64,000 nt of DNA from an uncultured Anaerolineaceae bacterium (GCA_964633225.1 CAZWFQ010000001.1:27001-91000); one strand, 5' to 3'; numbered from the stretch's first letter, positions 26,896-37,053 are shown. Notes: generated by a model not told the origin, from the letters alone. Numbers and translations are program-made.

Positions 26896-28904
26896 GGGAT
26901 TTGTTTCACAACGCAAAATACGGCCCCATCGCGTCCAACACTGTACAAAATGGGTGCTTCGAGATGGATCTTTTGATCGGCATTGGTTCGGGTTGAGAGC
27001 AAGAGCAGGCTGCCAGAGAAGGTTTGGTCATCTTCAGGTTCAAAGCCTTCGATGACCAGGCCCGGGGCGGCATATTCTTGGGCAATTGACGGCTGGCGTT
27101 GGACGAACAGGGTTGTCCCTGCGGGAGTATTGGTGTTGACCTGCGTCATGATGTCTCGATAACAGGTCAGCCAATAATCGGTTTCGAAATGCCGGAAAGC
27201 GCCGCCGGTGCCGCCGACCAGCGCATTGTAGTAGGTATATTGGTAAGGGTGCAGCCTTACCATACCGGCAATGCCTGGCAAGGCCAGGGCTGCCAGTAAG
27301 AGAACATTGAGCCATATCCGGCGGCTGGAATTCAAGATGACCTGCAGGGCCAGCCCTGCGCAGATGAAGACCGGTGGCAGGATGAACAGAAAGTGCCGGT
27401 AGCCATCATACATTGGTGGACGCAGGACCAGGACGTAAACAAACATCAGCAAGAACCACAACAGCACGGCACTTAATGAGCGCCATTCAATGTCCTTGCG
27501 CGCGATGCGCTGTGCTGCCGCTGCCAGCCCGCCCATGCACAACGGCCAAACTGGCAGGGTCAGCGTGATTGCCAGCATCACCGGTAGATAAGTGGCTGGC
27601 AGTTGATTTGATAGATGCGCTGCCCCGTTGTAGATCACGGAAAGTATCTGAGGGTTATTCGCCATATGCTGAAGAACCCCGATCAGGTTTTGCAGGGGGG
27701 CTTCCCACAGGTAAGGCCAGGTGACCAGCATCACCAGGATTGCAATGACAGCGTAGATCACCATGCCCGCCAGGGGGCGGCGTTCAGAACGCAGGTAGAA
27801 ATACAGCACAACCAACAGGCCTGCCAACGGGCCTATGATGCGGATCGATGTCAGCAGGCCCAATGCTGTCCCAGCCAGTAGGATTGGCACCCACAAACGC
27901 CGCCAACTGTGCTCCACCTGCGTCCCGCTTACCCACCAGCCAGGCCGGGTGGGCAGGGGGGCCAGTTTTTCGCTCAGCCAGGCCGCTCTGCGTTGAAGCC
28001 CGGCTCGCAAAAAGGTGAAAGCCAGTGCTGCGATCGTCAGCACACCTGCCAGGATGGCAAGACCCAATTTGAGATGCGAGAACAAAATCAAGGCCTTGTT
28101 GGCATAGGCTTCTTCTGGCACTGTGTTGGCATTGGCAGCCAGGAGGCTGAACAGGCGGCCTGCCAGGCTCTCGGGAGAAGCCAGGTAGGCTTTGTGGATC
28201 AGCACACCGGCCAGGGCCTCGAGTTGGGGAGAAAGCGCATAGGCCCCTGCCGCCAGGATCACTCCTGCCAGGGCCATGGCCTGCAAAATGCGGCTCAGCT
28301 TTTTCCAGCGCGCTTCAGACCAGGGGGCACGCGGCTGTGCATCTGCCTCCTCTTGCGAAAGGCGGTCTACCATCCGGAACCCCAAGAAAATGGCCGCTAT
28401 GAAGAAGACCGTGAATGGGATATCCTTGGGGTTGATCCAGGCATGGCCCCAAAAAATCGGCTGGGTGCTGAAAAGGAGCGTCGCCCCAAAAGCAGCAAAG
28501 GTGTTCAGCCAACGTTGGCAGAGTGCATAAAAGAAAACTACCCCCGCCTGGAAGGTCAAGAAATTTACCAGGTGCCATAGCGCCACACGGCTGACCGGCA
28601 GGGCCCAGTCCAGCAGGTCGACCACTACCTTAGCTGGCAGCAAGTATGCTGGGCCGTAGATTTTGTGATCCGCTGCGCTGGGGCCATAGGCGTTCTCGAT
28701 GTCGAAATCCCCGCTCAGCCGCTCGGTAATGGAATAGGCATAGGGGATGGTATCAGCATAGGCATAAAATAACGGTTCATCCCAACTCAGACTGTAATCT
28801 TGAAAGGTGACCAACCCGGCAACCAGGTTGACAGCCAGCAAGAGAATTAAAGGAAAATTGGGGTGACGCGCGGTGCGAAGCACCAGAGCGCTGAACGTGT
28901 TCAT
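26892..28904 (-). CDS. polytopic membrane protein, GT-C-like glycosyltransferase candidate
   Basis: 670 aa with many hydrophobic segments. First-loop acidic motif LSWDEPLFYAYADTIPYAY. ATGA overlaps at both ends. Confidence 0.55.
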   Translation of the reverse strand: MNTFSALVLRTARHPNFPLILLLAVNLVAGLVTFQDYSLSWDEPLFYAYADTIPYAYSITERLSGDFDIENAYGPSAADHKIYGPAYLLPAKVVVDLLDWALPVSRVALWHLVNFLTFQAGVVFFYALCQRWLNTFAAFGATLLFSTQPIFWGHAWINPKDIPFTVFFIAAIFLGFRMVDRLSQEEADAQPRAPWSEARWKKLSRILQAMALAGVILAAGAYALSPQLEALAGVLIHKAYLASPESLAGRLFSLLAANANTVPEEAYANKALILFSHLKLGLAILAGVLTIAALAFTFLRAGLQRRAAWLSEKLAPLPTRPGWWVSGTQVEHSWRRLWVPILLAGTALGLLTSIRIIGPLAGLLVVLYFYLRSERRPLAGMVIYAVIAILVMLVTWPYLWEAPLQNLIGVLQHMANNPQILSVIYNGAAHLSNQLPATYLPVMLAITLTLPVWPLCMGGLAAAAQRIARKDIEWRSLSAVLLWFLLMFVYVLVLRPPMYDGYRHFLFILPPVFICAGLALQVILNSSRRIWLNVLLLAALALPGIAGMVRLHPYQYTYYNALVGGTGGAFRHFETDYWLTCYRDIMTQVNTNTPAGTTLFVQRQPSIAQEYAAPGLVIEGFEPEDDQTFSGSLLLLSTRTNADQKIHLEAPILYSVGRDGAVFCVVKQIP

Positions 28905-30595
28905 TTTTGACCTTCAGGCCTGGGGTAGAAGAAGATGGCCCCATTACAAGAAGATGTGTAAACTTCTAGCCCTTGTGTAACCGTGTTGAGTTGGGCAAGG
29001 ACATTGGCGCTCCAGGGCGAATCGCCAGGTGCGCAGTAGGGATAAAAGATTACCAGTGCGGCCCCTGTCTCTCGGAAAACTCTTTGTATCTCGTCGCCGG
29101 GCAGATCTCCGTAGCGCGTCGTACTCTCTAAGTGGCAGGGCCAGTAGGGATCATTGGTCGGGCCGCAGAAGTCATATGCCGGGCGGTTGGTCCACAGCAG
29201 CACGGCAGGCGCCCGGTTGCTGATGACCGGGATATTGGATGGCAGGCCTTGCAGGGCTTGCAGGGTAGGGGAATGCTGCCAGGCCAGGCTGGTAAAGCCG
29301 CCCCCCTCGCGATAATAAGCATTGGCAATTTGCCAGCTTGCCTGGGCATTCGATGCAATGAAGACCAGGGCTGCGCCAACCGCTGCCATAAGTAAGATGA
29401 GCCTCGATTTGGCCTGAATTGGCTGGGTTGGGCCTGGCTGGCCCCAGGCCTGGGTGATGAGGCGCCCAATCGGCAGGACGATGAACAGCAGCCCAAACTG
29501 CACCGGCAGTAAAGTGCGGTTGATGATATCGGGCGTGGGCGTGGTAGAGATGAAGGTGTAAACCAGCAAAGCCAGGTAGGCGGCGATGAAGGCAAGCCAT
29601 AGACCCACCCATAAGCCCAGCGGGCTTAACCTGCCGGCAGATTGAGCATCCTGCCGGGCTTGCTTCCAGATGGATAGAACGGCTGCCAGGACAAATAAGA
29701 GACCCAGTCCCAGCAGCAGGTTGCGCGCCAGTTTATAAGAATAATCCGGCAGGAATTGGGGGAACGGCAGCCAACTCCACAAGACTTCTGCGAACTGCAA
29801 GCGCAGGGGGGTGAGTGTTTCCCAGAGGTTGGCCGGTATGTGAAAGCTGCGCGAGCTGATGGTGCGCGTCTGCGCATACACCCATGCCAGCCAGGCTGTG
29901 GTGGGCAGCAGGCTGACTGCCCCGAAGACCAGGCACTGCCGGAGACGGGCTTTGAGGGGGGTATGGTTTAAGCAAAGCAGACCAGCCAACCCGGCGGCAG
30001 CCAGCGCTACGCCCGGGTAACGCACCAGGCTGGCGGCAGATGCCGCCAGGGCTGAGAAAACGACCAGGCGCTCTGAGCTTGCGGGGGGTGTTTCTCGCGG
30101 CGCGGATAGATAGATGGCAAGCAGGCCGAAGCTGAGTGTGGCGGCGAGAAAGAACAATGGCTCCGTCATGGCGCCGCTGAACACGTCCACCAGGTCTGGC
30201 ATGGTCAGCACGGCCAATCCGGTGAGCACGGTCAGCCAGGCTGAATGGAACATGCGATGAACAAACCAGGAGGCAAGAAAAATGGTGCCCCCGAAGAACA
30301 GCACATTCAGCCAGCGCGCTGCATCCAGCATTTCAATCCCCAAGAAGCCAAAAACGCTCAACAGCAAGGGGTAGAGCGGTGGGTGCAGAGAGAGCGGCTT
30401 GAATGTGCCGGCGGGGGTATAGATCCCCAGCCCGTCGCCTGCCAGCAGTGTACGCGCTGAGACGATATATTCTGTCGAATCGCTGTAAGCCCAGGGGCCC
30501 CAGCGCGTACTGAGAATGATGACCAGGCAACCTGCCAGGCTGAGCAGCGTGATCAGAAGAAGAGTCCGGTCAATCTTGCGGGAGGCGCTTGGCAT
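28901..30595 (-). CDS. polytopic membrane protein, GT-C (ArnT/PMT-like) glycosyltransferase candidate
   Basis: The track ORF reaches 30706 and overlaps the upstream gene. The ATG at 30595 gives MPSASRKIDRTLLLITLLSLAGC. Loop motif YSDSTEYIVSARTLLAGDGLG. C-terminal ~150 aa are soluble-looking. Confidence 0.55.
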   Translation of the reverse strand: MPSASRKIDRTLLLITLLSLAGCLVIILSTRWGPWAYSDSTEYIVSARTLLAGDGLGIYTPAGTFKPLSLHPPLYPLLLSVFGFLGIEMLDAARWLNVLFFGGTIFLASWFVHRMFHSAWLTVLTGLAVLTMPDLVDVFSGAMTEPLFFLAATLSFGLLAIYLSAPRETPPASSERLVVFSALAASAASLVRYPGVALAAAGLAGLLCLNHTPLKARLRQCLVFGAVSLLPTTAWLAWVYAQTRTISSRSFHIPANLWETLTPLRLQFAEVLWSWLPFPQFLPDYSYKLARNLLLGLGLLFVLAAVLSIWKQARQDAQSAGRLSPLGLWVGLWLAFIAAYLALLVYTFISTTPTPDIINRTLLPVQFGLLFIVLPIGRLITQAWGQPGPTQPIQAKSRLILLMAAVGAALVFIASNAQASWQIANAYYREGGGFTSLAWQHSPTLQALQGLPSNIPVISNRAPAVLLWTNRPAYDFCGPTNDPYWPCHLESTTRYGDLPGDEIQRVFRETGAALVIFYPYCAPGDSPWSANVLAQLNTVTQGLEVYTSSCNGAIFFYPRPEGQK

Positions 30596-30618
30596 CAGTG
30601 GCGGGATAGAAAGCAGGC

Positions 30619-31659
30619 TTATAAGGTGATCAGGGCGCCGCGTTGGGACGATTCGAGTGCGCTCAGGGCCAGGCGCAGGGCCTGGGTGCCATCTTGCAAA
30701 CCGCACACGGGCTGGGCTTCACCGCGCAGCACAGAAAGAAAGTGCCGTGTCTGCTCCACAAACATCCAGTTGCGCTCAAAGCCTGCTGGTGGATGAACCA
30801 CCAGCCAATCTGCACTGAGGGTGTACTCGGCGAATTGTGTTGGATAATAAGGGCCATAGCTTTCAGCCTGGTGGTCGTGCCGGTAGAGGCGGGCACTGCC
30901 ATCGGCATTGTCCCAAAGGATATGCCCCTGCGTACCGGTGAGCTCAAGGGTGTGGGTAGGAGGCTGCTGGTTGTAGTCCAGGTGCACGCTGCCCAGGGCC
31001 CCGTTAGCAAAACGCAAACCGATCTCAGCGTTGTCTTCTACCGGCATGTTCAGGCCTGTGCTGCTGGTAAAAGCCCATACGGCACTGACCTCACCCAAAA
31101 GCCAGCGCAGGTAATCCAGCGGATGGGTGAGGGTGCGTACCACGCCTCCGCCCAGGTCGGGGCGGGCCGCATAACCCTGTTTATAATCTTCCCAGGGATG
31201 CCAGTTGGGCAGGTATTCGCCCCAGTGGGCTCGCGCCGAGATGGGGGTGCCGATGGCGTCCATTTCCAGCCAGGCCTTCACCTGGCGCAGGCCGGGATGA
31301 TAGCGGAATTGAAAGCCAACCAAAACTTGCCGGTTGTTCTTCTGCACAGCCGCCTGAAGGCGATCCAGCCCCTCCAGCGTGTGCGAAATGGGTTTTTCAA
31401 GGAAGATGTGACAGCCCGCCTCGGCTGCCGGGATGGCAACCTCCATATGCAGGGCGGTAGGGTTGGTGATGAAGACGGCATCTGGATGTTGGGCCAGGGC
31501 CGCCGCCAGGTCGGTTTCTACCGGGTAACCCGCCAACTCGTCATCTGAGAGGGTGGCAAGGTGGGTGCGGTGGAGGGTGATATGGGTTTCGCCCAGCGCC
31601 ACCAGGTTGCGAAAGTGGCGCCGGCCAATTGAGCCAAGACCAGAGATCAGGAATTTCAT
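30619..31659 (-). CDS. Gfo/Idh/MocA family oxidoreductase
   Basis: 346 aa. MKFLISGLGSIGRRHFRNL (Rossmann fold) and HIFLEKPISH (EKP motif). Confidence 0.8.
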   Translation of the reverse strand: MKFLISGLGSIGRRHFRNLVALGETHITLHRTHLATLSDDELAGYPVETDLAAALAQHPDAVFITNPTALHMEVAIPAAEAGCHIFLEKPISHTLEGLDRLQAAVQKNNRQVLVGFQFRYHPGLRQVKAWLEMDAIGTPISARAHWGEYLPNWHPWEDYKQGYAARPDLGGGVVRTLTHPLDYLRWLLGEVSAVWAFTSSTGLNMPVEDNAEIGLRFANGALGSVHLDYNQQPPTHTLELTGTQGHILWDNADGSARLYRHDHQAESYGPYYPTQFAEYTLSADWLVVHPPAGFERNWMFVEQTRHFLSVLRGEAQPVCGLQDGTQALRLALSALESSQRGALITL

Positions 31660-31662
31660 AGG

Positions 31663-33093
31663 TTACGGGATCCGCGAGAGCAAATATTCGCCGGTGCGGC
31701 GTCCAGCGCTGGCATCGGTGTAGGTTACCTCGCGTTGGATGAAGGCCTGGCGCTGGGGGGCATCGGCATCGGGAGTTTGCAGGTAGAAGTTGATCGCCTC
31801 GGCGAGTTCGGCTTCGTTGTTAGCCACGCGCCCAAAGCCCGATTGGCGGAAGCGGTAGTGGGTGGGCCAGTTGCCGATCTGCGAGAGCGGCAGGGAGTAC
31901 TTGCGCGGCACGTTCCAGCCGCCGGGGGCATCAATGCAGGCGCTGACGATGGGCCGTTGGTGGATTGCCGTCTCTACCACCATGGTAGAGTAAACGGTCA
32001 GGAACACATCGGCGTGCCCCATCATCGATGTTTTTTCGGGCATATCTTCGCCGGAGTAGTAACCTAACGAGCCGCCCAGCGGCACTGGCTCAACAATGTG
32101 CACATGCGGGTACTGCTCTGCCAGTTGGCGGATCTGTTCTCGTTCACCGGCGAAGAGTTTATTATCCCAAAAGTGGTTGGGATGCAGGCGGATGAGCAGT
32201 TGGCTGGGGGCCGCAAGCTGGTCAGATGCCACCAGGCGGGCCAGGGCTTCGATATTCTGGTAATTGGGCGAGAAACTGACGAAGCTGGCGGCATAAGAGA
32301 GCAGCTTGCGTTCTGGGTCCAGGCCGTGCTGGCGGAAGTATTCATCCCGCGGAATGAGCCACTGTTTGCGGAAGTAGCCATCGTAAGAAGGGATGCCGCC
32401 GATGTGAATGTGTTCGGGATCCCAATCTGAACCCAGCACCAGCTCTTCTTTCTGCGCCTCAGACCAACAGTTGATCCAATCTACTGGTGCGCCAGGGATG
32501 GAATAGCTGCTGGGGTTATCCCAGCCAACCACCACCGCCGCAGTGGTGATGCCGCGGCTGTGCGCTTCGCGCAGCAGGTAGCGATCCATGCGCCAGCCAG
32601 GTGTGCTGGCAACCACCAGGCTGGGTTGGTAGCGCTCGAACAGGTTGGCATACAGGCCGGGGTTAAAGCGCATCTGGTAACGCACCAACCGGCGGCGGGC
32701 AGATGCAGATCGACGCAAGATGCCCACCGCGGCGCGCGCCGCAGGGATGAAGAGCCGGCGTGACCAACCAGCCTCGGCCTCTACCTGCTCGATGTAGCTA
32801 TCCATGGCTTCGGTATTGATGCGTTTCGATCCGCCCACCCGGCGCAGATAGGTCAGCCACCACTGAAGTTCTGGAGAAACGCGGGCGGCATATTCCTCGG
32901 CTTGCTTAAGGCGTAAGCCCTCCACGATCAAGCCTGGTTGGCCAAAACGCGCCTGGATCTGTTCTAGCAAGGCATCATCGGTGAGTAAGACCACCTCTAC
33001 GCCGGCATTGAGCAGGGTAGGCAGCACATCGCTTTGTAAGAAATAAACCACAGCCAGGCCATGGTCGGCAGAAATGAAGATTCGTTTTGTCAT
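31663..33093 (-). CDS. KpsS/TagF-like GT-B protein, paralogue 3 (uncharacterised)
   Basis: The ATG at 33093 gives MTKRIFISADHGLAVVYF. LLIRLHPNHF and FLTVYSTMVVETAIHQRPIV parallel the motifs in 19657..21399 and 42200..43810. Confidence 0.45.
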   Translation of the reverse strand: MTKRIFISADHGLAVVYFLQSDVLPTLLNAGVEVVLLTDDALLEQIQARFGQPGLIVEGLRLKQAEEYAARVSPELQWWLTYLRRVGGSKRINTEAMDSYIEQVEAEAGWSRRLFIPAARAAVGILRRSASARRRLVRYQMRFNPGLYANLFERYQPSLVVASTPGWRMDRYLLREAHSRGITTAAVVVGWDNPSSYSIPGAPVDWINCWSEAQKEELVLGSDWDPEHIHIGGIPSYDGYFRKQWLIPRDEYFRQHGLDPERKLLSYAASFVSFSPNYQNIEALARLVASDQLAAPSQLLIRLHPNHFWDNKLFAGEREQIRQLAEQYPHVHIVEPVPLGGSLGYYSGEDMPEKTSMMGHADVFLTVYSTMVVETAIHQRPIVSACIDAPGGWNVPRKYSLPLSQIGNWPTHYRFRQSGFGRVANNEAELAEAINFYLQTPDADAPQRQAFIQREVTYTDASAGRRTGEYLLSRIP

Positions 33094-33106
33094 AGTGATT
33101 GAGTTG

Positions 33107-34069
33107 TTAATCAGCGTAGTACCAGCGGAAGATGCGGTCATAAAGGCCCAGCAGCACACGTTTGACCGGGGCCGCCTGCAGGATGCGTTTTCGCAGGGGG
33201 TTGGGCCTGGCAGCCAGTTTTGGGGCAGCTTCGTTCGGGTCGTGTACCCAATCCAGGCGGTTGCTCATGTTCTGCGCCAAGAATTCGACCGGCATCAGGC
33301 GCAGGTAGCCGGCCTCGTTCATGCGCTGGTCAAGCTGGCGCACCTGGCCCATTGGGCGGTCCATACTGAAGGGTAAGAACTGCTGAATGACCGACTTGTA
33401 GCCTACAAACTGCCAGTGGCTGGCGCCCAGTTGGGCGGTCAAACCCTGGTATGTCACGCGCACATCTTCGGTGACCTCGTAGCGCTGGCGCACCTCTTCC
33501 TCGGCGGTGCCCAGGCTCATATCAAAGGCTTTAAAAGCCTCCCAGGGGATGAACTGGCCGCGTTCTAGCTTGGCTTCAGGGGTGCTTCCAGCCCAATCCA
33601 GGCCCGCGCTGTAGAATTCCGGCGGGGTGCGGAAAGGCCGGCTGGTGACCATGCCGACCTTGGGGAAGGTTTCGAGCACTGCCAGAGACTTGGAGAGCCA
33701 GTTCTTATAAAAGAAGGCATCATTATCGGTGTATGCGATGATCTCGCCTGGTGCGGCATCCAGCATGATGTTCCATGCGCCGCCTTTGCCCATGTTTTTC
33801 TGCGAGAGGATCAGGTATTGGATCTTGCCTTCGTCCTGGGCCTCGGTCAAGAAATCAATCGTTTCCTGGCAGGAGCCGTTATCGAAGACCAGCAGGTCGT
33901 AAGGCAGGTCGGTATTTTCCCAAATGCTGCCCAGGCAGGTCTTGAGCACGTCGAGGGTTTGGGCATAAAAGCCGCTCAAGAAAGGGATATAGTTCAGCAC
34001 GGCAACCGTCACGCGCTGGGGCTTGGCAACTTCTTTGACGAATTTTGCTGGGTTTTGGCCTTTTCTCAT
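33107..34069 (-). CDS. family 2 (GT-A) glycosyltransferase
   Basis: 320 aa. VTVAVLNYIPFLSGFY, LLVFDNGSCQET and IIAYTDNDAFF (DxD-like). Confidence 0.7.
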   Translation of the reverse strand: MRKGQNPAKFVKEVAKPQRVTVAVLNYIPFLSGFYAQTLDVLKTCLGSIWENTDLPYDLLVFDNGSCQETIDFLTEAQDEGKIQYLILSQKNMGKGGAWNIMLDAAPGEIIAYTDNDAFFYKNWLSKSLAVLETFPKVGMVTSRPFRTPPEFYSAGLDWAGSTPEAKLERGQFIPWEAFKAFDMSLGTAEEEVRQRYEVTEDVRVTYQGLTAQLGASHWQFVGYKSVIQQFLPFSMDRPMGQVRQLDQRMNEAGYLRLMPVEFLAQNMSNRLDWVHDPNEAAPKLAARPNPLRKRILQAAPVKRVLLGLYDRIFRWYYAD

Positions 34070-35007
34070 AGGTGTTTGAGCTTATAACTGATCTTGGCTC
34101 GCCATTCGTTCCAGGCTTTGCGGGGATGGAAGATGGCGAAGGTTAATTCGGCGAGGGGGAGAGATTTCCAACGCCGCAGGGGGAAAGTCTCAATCTCGCG
34201 CCACAGCCTGGCCCCGCGCCGCGGAGTGGGTTGGATGCGGTTGTCTATCATCTGATAGTTCGCGTCAGCCAGGGTGAAGATGGTACGCCGCCCACCTGCC
34301 AGGCGCACATTTTCAGTCGTCTCGGGCAGGCGGTAGTGCGGCTGCCCATCTGGCAGATGGCTGTAGTCATGATCCTGGTGGATGACCTGGATGGCCTGCG
34401 TGGCGTCAATCACGGGCCAGCCTTGCTGCCGTCCATGGAAGAACATCCAGTTATCCCAGCCGGCCCGGCCAATGGCAAAGGCGGGCATGGCAGTGAAGCA
34501 CTGCGCCGGGAATATAAAGTAATCGCTGCCGCCGGGCGGGTGGAGCCGGCCGCGCTGGCGCAGGTCTTCTTGCAGGCGGGCCTGCCAACCGGGGCTGAAG
34601 TCGATCATCTGCCGGATATCCAGGTCCCAGCGCTGCCCCACGATCAGGAATTTCTCGGCCTGTTGGGTTACCTGGACCGCCGCCTGGAGAAAATCGGGCA
34701 GCAGGATTACGTCGGCATTGACATAAGCCAGCAGCGATTGTGTCCCTGCCGCCTGGCGGGCCAGCTCAAAAATTGAGCTCACCAGGGGCGTGCCCTGGGC
34801 ATTACGGGCCACCTCGGGCAAATATCTCAGCTTGCCAGGGGCGCTTTCTTGAAGCTCCTGGCAGGCTTCGGCTAGCCCGGCCTCCTGTCCAATGACCAGC
34901 ACCTGCACATCTGCCCCCATCTGCAGCCAGGATTGGATGGCATTGCGCTGGATGATGTTGATATGCGGGTTGGTAAAGGGTTTGGGGGCGGTGAAAATGG
35001 TCAGCAT
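34066..35007 (-). CDS. uncharacterised glycosyltransferase-like protein
   Basis: 313 aa. MLTIFTAPKPFTNPHINIIQRNAIQSW, YVNADVILLPDF (DxD-like) and SDYFIF. ATGA-coupled to the downstream GT2. The family was not recognised with certainty. Confidence 0.4.
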   Translation of the reverse strand: MLTIFTAPKPFTNPHINIIQRNAIQSWLQMGADVQVLVIGQEAGLAEACQELQESAPGKLRYLPEVARNAQGTPLVSSIFELARQAAGTQSLLAYVNADVILLPDFLQAAVQVTQQAEKFLIVGQRWDLDIRQMIDFSPGWQARLQEDLRQRGRLHPPGGSDYFIFPAQCFTAMPAFAIGRAGWDNWMFFHGRQQGWPVIDATQAIQVIHQDHDYSHLPDGQPHYRLPETTENVRLAGGRRTIFTLADANYQMIDNRIQPTPRRGARLWREIETFPLRRWKSLPLAELTFAIFHPRKAWNEWRAKISYKLKHL

Positions 35008-35013
35008 AGAAGG

Positions 35014-35898
35014 TTATGCCTGGGTGCGGGTGTCTATATCAAATACAGTCTTGTGTTGGATGCTGGCGTTGATCTCAGCTAACTCAGGGTGGTTTTGGAC
35101 CAGGCTCAGGATGGTATGCCAGGGGAGAATGGTCTCTTCAGCATCGCCAGATGGCGCCAGGCCTTGTTGGGCCATCAAATGCTTAAAGATCTGCTGAACC
35201 AGCTCCAGGTCGGCGGGGGTGTCTACCGTCCAACGCAGGCTGCCCTGATCGGGTGTGTGATGGAGCTGGATGATGCGGAAGCCGCGTGGCGAGACGCCGT
35301 GGGTCAGGCGGTAGGGGAGGTCGATCAGGCTGTCTTGAACGGGGAATAAGTCAACATCTTCATACAGGTACGGCATCACGTGCTCGCGGTGGAAACGCTC
35401 GTGGGCCTCCTGCCATGCCCGCTCAAGGGCGGCGAAGCTGCACACTTCCACATCCAGGCCGATGGGCAGGCTGCGTGTCCAGGGTGGGGGCAGGCGGTTG
35501 GCAGCGAAATCGTAAGCGCCGGTCTGCTCAGGGGTAAAGCGGCCCTGAAAAGCCTGGATGGTCAGGTCAACCACAGCCGGGTCCAGCAGGGGGCAGTCGG
35601 CGGTGATGCGCACAATGGTGCCAGCCTGGAGTTGGCGAGCGGCCTGGTAATAGCGGTCCAGTACATCGGGCAGGCTGCCGCGGTAGCATGGATCGCCCCG
35701 CTCGGTGCAGAAGCGTTCAATGGCGTCATCATCGGGGTCAGTGGTGGTGGCAACCAGTACCTGGTCAACCAACTGGGCCCGTTTTGCTCGCTCAACCACA
35801 TGGGCCAGCATAGGCTGCCCGGCGATCTGGCGCAGTACCTTGCCGGGGAGGCGGGATGAAGACATACGTGCCTGGATGATGGCAATAGCAGAGTGCAT
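35014..35898 (-). CDS. SpsF/CTP_transf_3-type cytidylyltransferase, copy 3
   Basis: The ATG at 35898 gives MHSAIAIIQARMSSSRLPGKVLRQIAGQPMLAHVVERA and later RITADCPLLDP. The track N-terminal extension (to 35955) is translated heptamer-repeat sequence. Confidence 0.7.
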   Translation of the reverse strand: MHSAIAIIQARMSSSRLPGKVLRQIAGQPMLAHVVERAKRAQLVDQVLVATTTDPDDDAIERFCTERGDPCYRGSLPDVLDRYYQAARQLQAGTIVRITADCPLLDPAVVDLTIQAFQGRFTPEQTGAYDFAANRLPPPWTRSLPIGLDVEVCSFAALERAWQEAHERFHREHVMPYLYEDVDLFPVQDSLIDLPYRLTHGVSPRGFRIIQLHHTPDQGSLRWTVDTPADLELVQQIFKHLMAQQGLAPSGDAEETILPWHTILSLVQNHPELAEINASIQHKTVFDIDTRTQA

Positions 35899-35938
35899 AG
35901 GGAATAGTGAGTAGTGAATCGTGGAGAGTGGCGGGTTG
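35899..35938 (-). repeat. tandem heptamer element, copy c (fills the whole gap before the SpsF-like gene)
   Basis: The minus strand reads CAACCCGCCACTCTCCACGATTCACTACTCACTATTCCCT and directly abuts the ATG at 35898. Confidence 0.6.
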
Positions 35939-37045
35939 TTACTTGCTGGTGGCAATTTGGTAGGCTTTTTCTAGCTCGAGGAAGTTCTTTTGCCAGTCAG
36001 CGCGCGCTTCTGCAACCTGGCGAGCCCGCTGTCCCATGGCAGGCAGTACATGGCGCTGTTTAAGCGCCTGCAAGATGGCCTGGGTCAGGGCTTTGGCATC
36101 CCCATCCGGAAACCACCAGCCGTTTTCGCCGGGCGTGACCCATTCCTGATTGCCGGGAATGTCAGAAACCAGGGCCGGGCGCCCGCAGGCCATGGCTTCA
36201 AGCAAAGAGATCGATGAGCCATCGCTGTGTGATGCGCTGACGTAGAGATCGGCAGAACGGTAGTAGCGCGGCAGGTCGGCCTGCCCCACCTGCCCCGGGC
36301 AGTGGACGCGATCATCCACGCCGCCCTGGGTGAAGATGCGGCGCAGTTGGGCAGCCTGCGAGCCATTGCCGAGCATCAGCAGATGCAGTTCTGGGCACTG
36401 CTGGGCGGCGGCAACGAAGGCGCGGGCAATCACGTCCACCCCATAGATCGGCTCCCAGCCCCGGGTTGAGAGGATGGTGAAGGGCTGGTCCTCAATATCA
36501 CTCGGTACATGGTCGCCATCAGATGACGGCGTGAAATGTTGGATATCGACTCCCCACGGGAAGGTGACGATGCGCTCGTTGGGCATGCCGTAGGCAATGG
36601 CAAGCTGGCGGATGGTGTTGCAGTCGCCCACCAGGGCGGCGCTGTGTTTGAGCGTGTAGCGTGTGGCCCAGGCCCAGGCCCGGCTGCGGCGCGCATCATG
36701 CAGCAGGTCGTAGCCCCAAGACATCGAGACGATGGGCCGGAAGCCGCTCAGGGCCGCCAGGAAGGCGCAGCGCTGGATTGGTCCGGCCTGGATCAGATCG
36801 GGTTTGACCTGGCGGATGACGCGTTTTAAATCCATCAGCAGGCGCGGCCCATCGCTTAGCCCTGCCGGGGCTTGCCCGCCGGCCCAACTTACCTGTTCGA
36901 TCTCTGGCGGCAGGGCACGGTCTTCAAGCGGGTGGCCGCGCTGCTCCAGTCGCAGGTAAGCCACCTGGTGCGTTGTGCCCGCCAGGGCTGAGAGGTAGCG
37001 GTGGTCGTGGGTGGTGTAGTCGCGCGAAAAATAAAGGATACGCAT
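35939..37045 (-). CDS. family 4 (GT-B) glycosyltransferase
   Basis: 368 aa. The C-terminal half has the EX7E-type region SDGSSISLLEAMACGRPALVSDIPGNQEWV. Confidence 0.8.
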   Translation of the reverse strand: MRILYFSRDYTTHDHRYLSALAGTTHQVAYLRLEQRGHPLEDRALPPEIEQVSWAGGQAPAGLSDGPRLLMDLKRVIRQVKPDLIQAGPIQRCAFLAALSGFRPIVSMSWGYDLLHDARRSRAWAWATRYTLKHSAALVGDCNTIRQLAIAYGMPNERIVTFPWGVDIQHFTPSSDGDHVPSDIEDQPFTILSTRGWEPIYGVDVIARAFVAAAQQCPELHLLMLGNGSQAAQLRRIFTQGGVDDRVHCPGQVGQADLPRYYRSADLYVSASHSDGSSISLLEAMACGRPALVSDIPGNQEWVTPGENGWWFPDGDAKALTQAILQALKQRHVLPAMGQRARQVAEARADWQKNFLELEKAYQIATSK

Positions 37046-37053
37046 GCTGGGTG

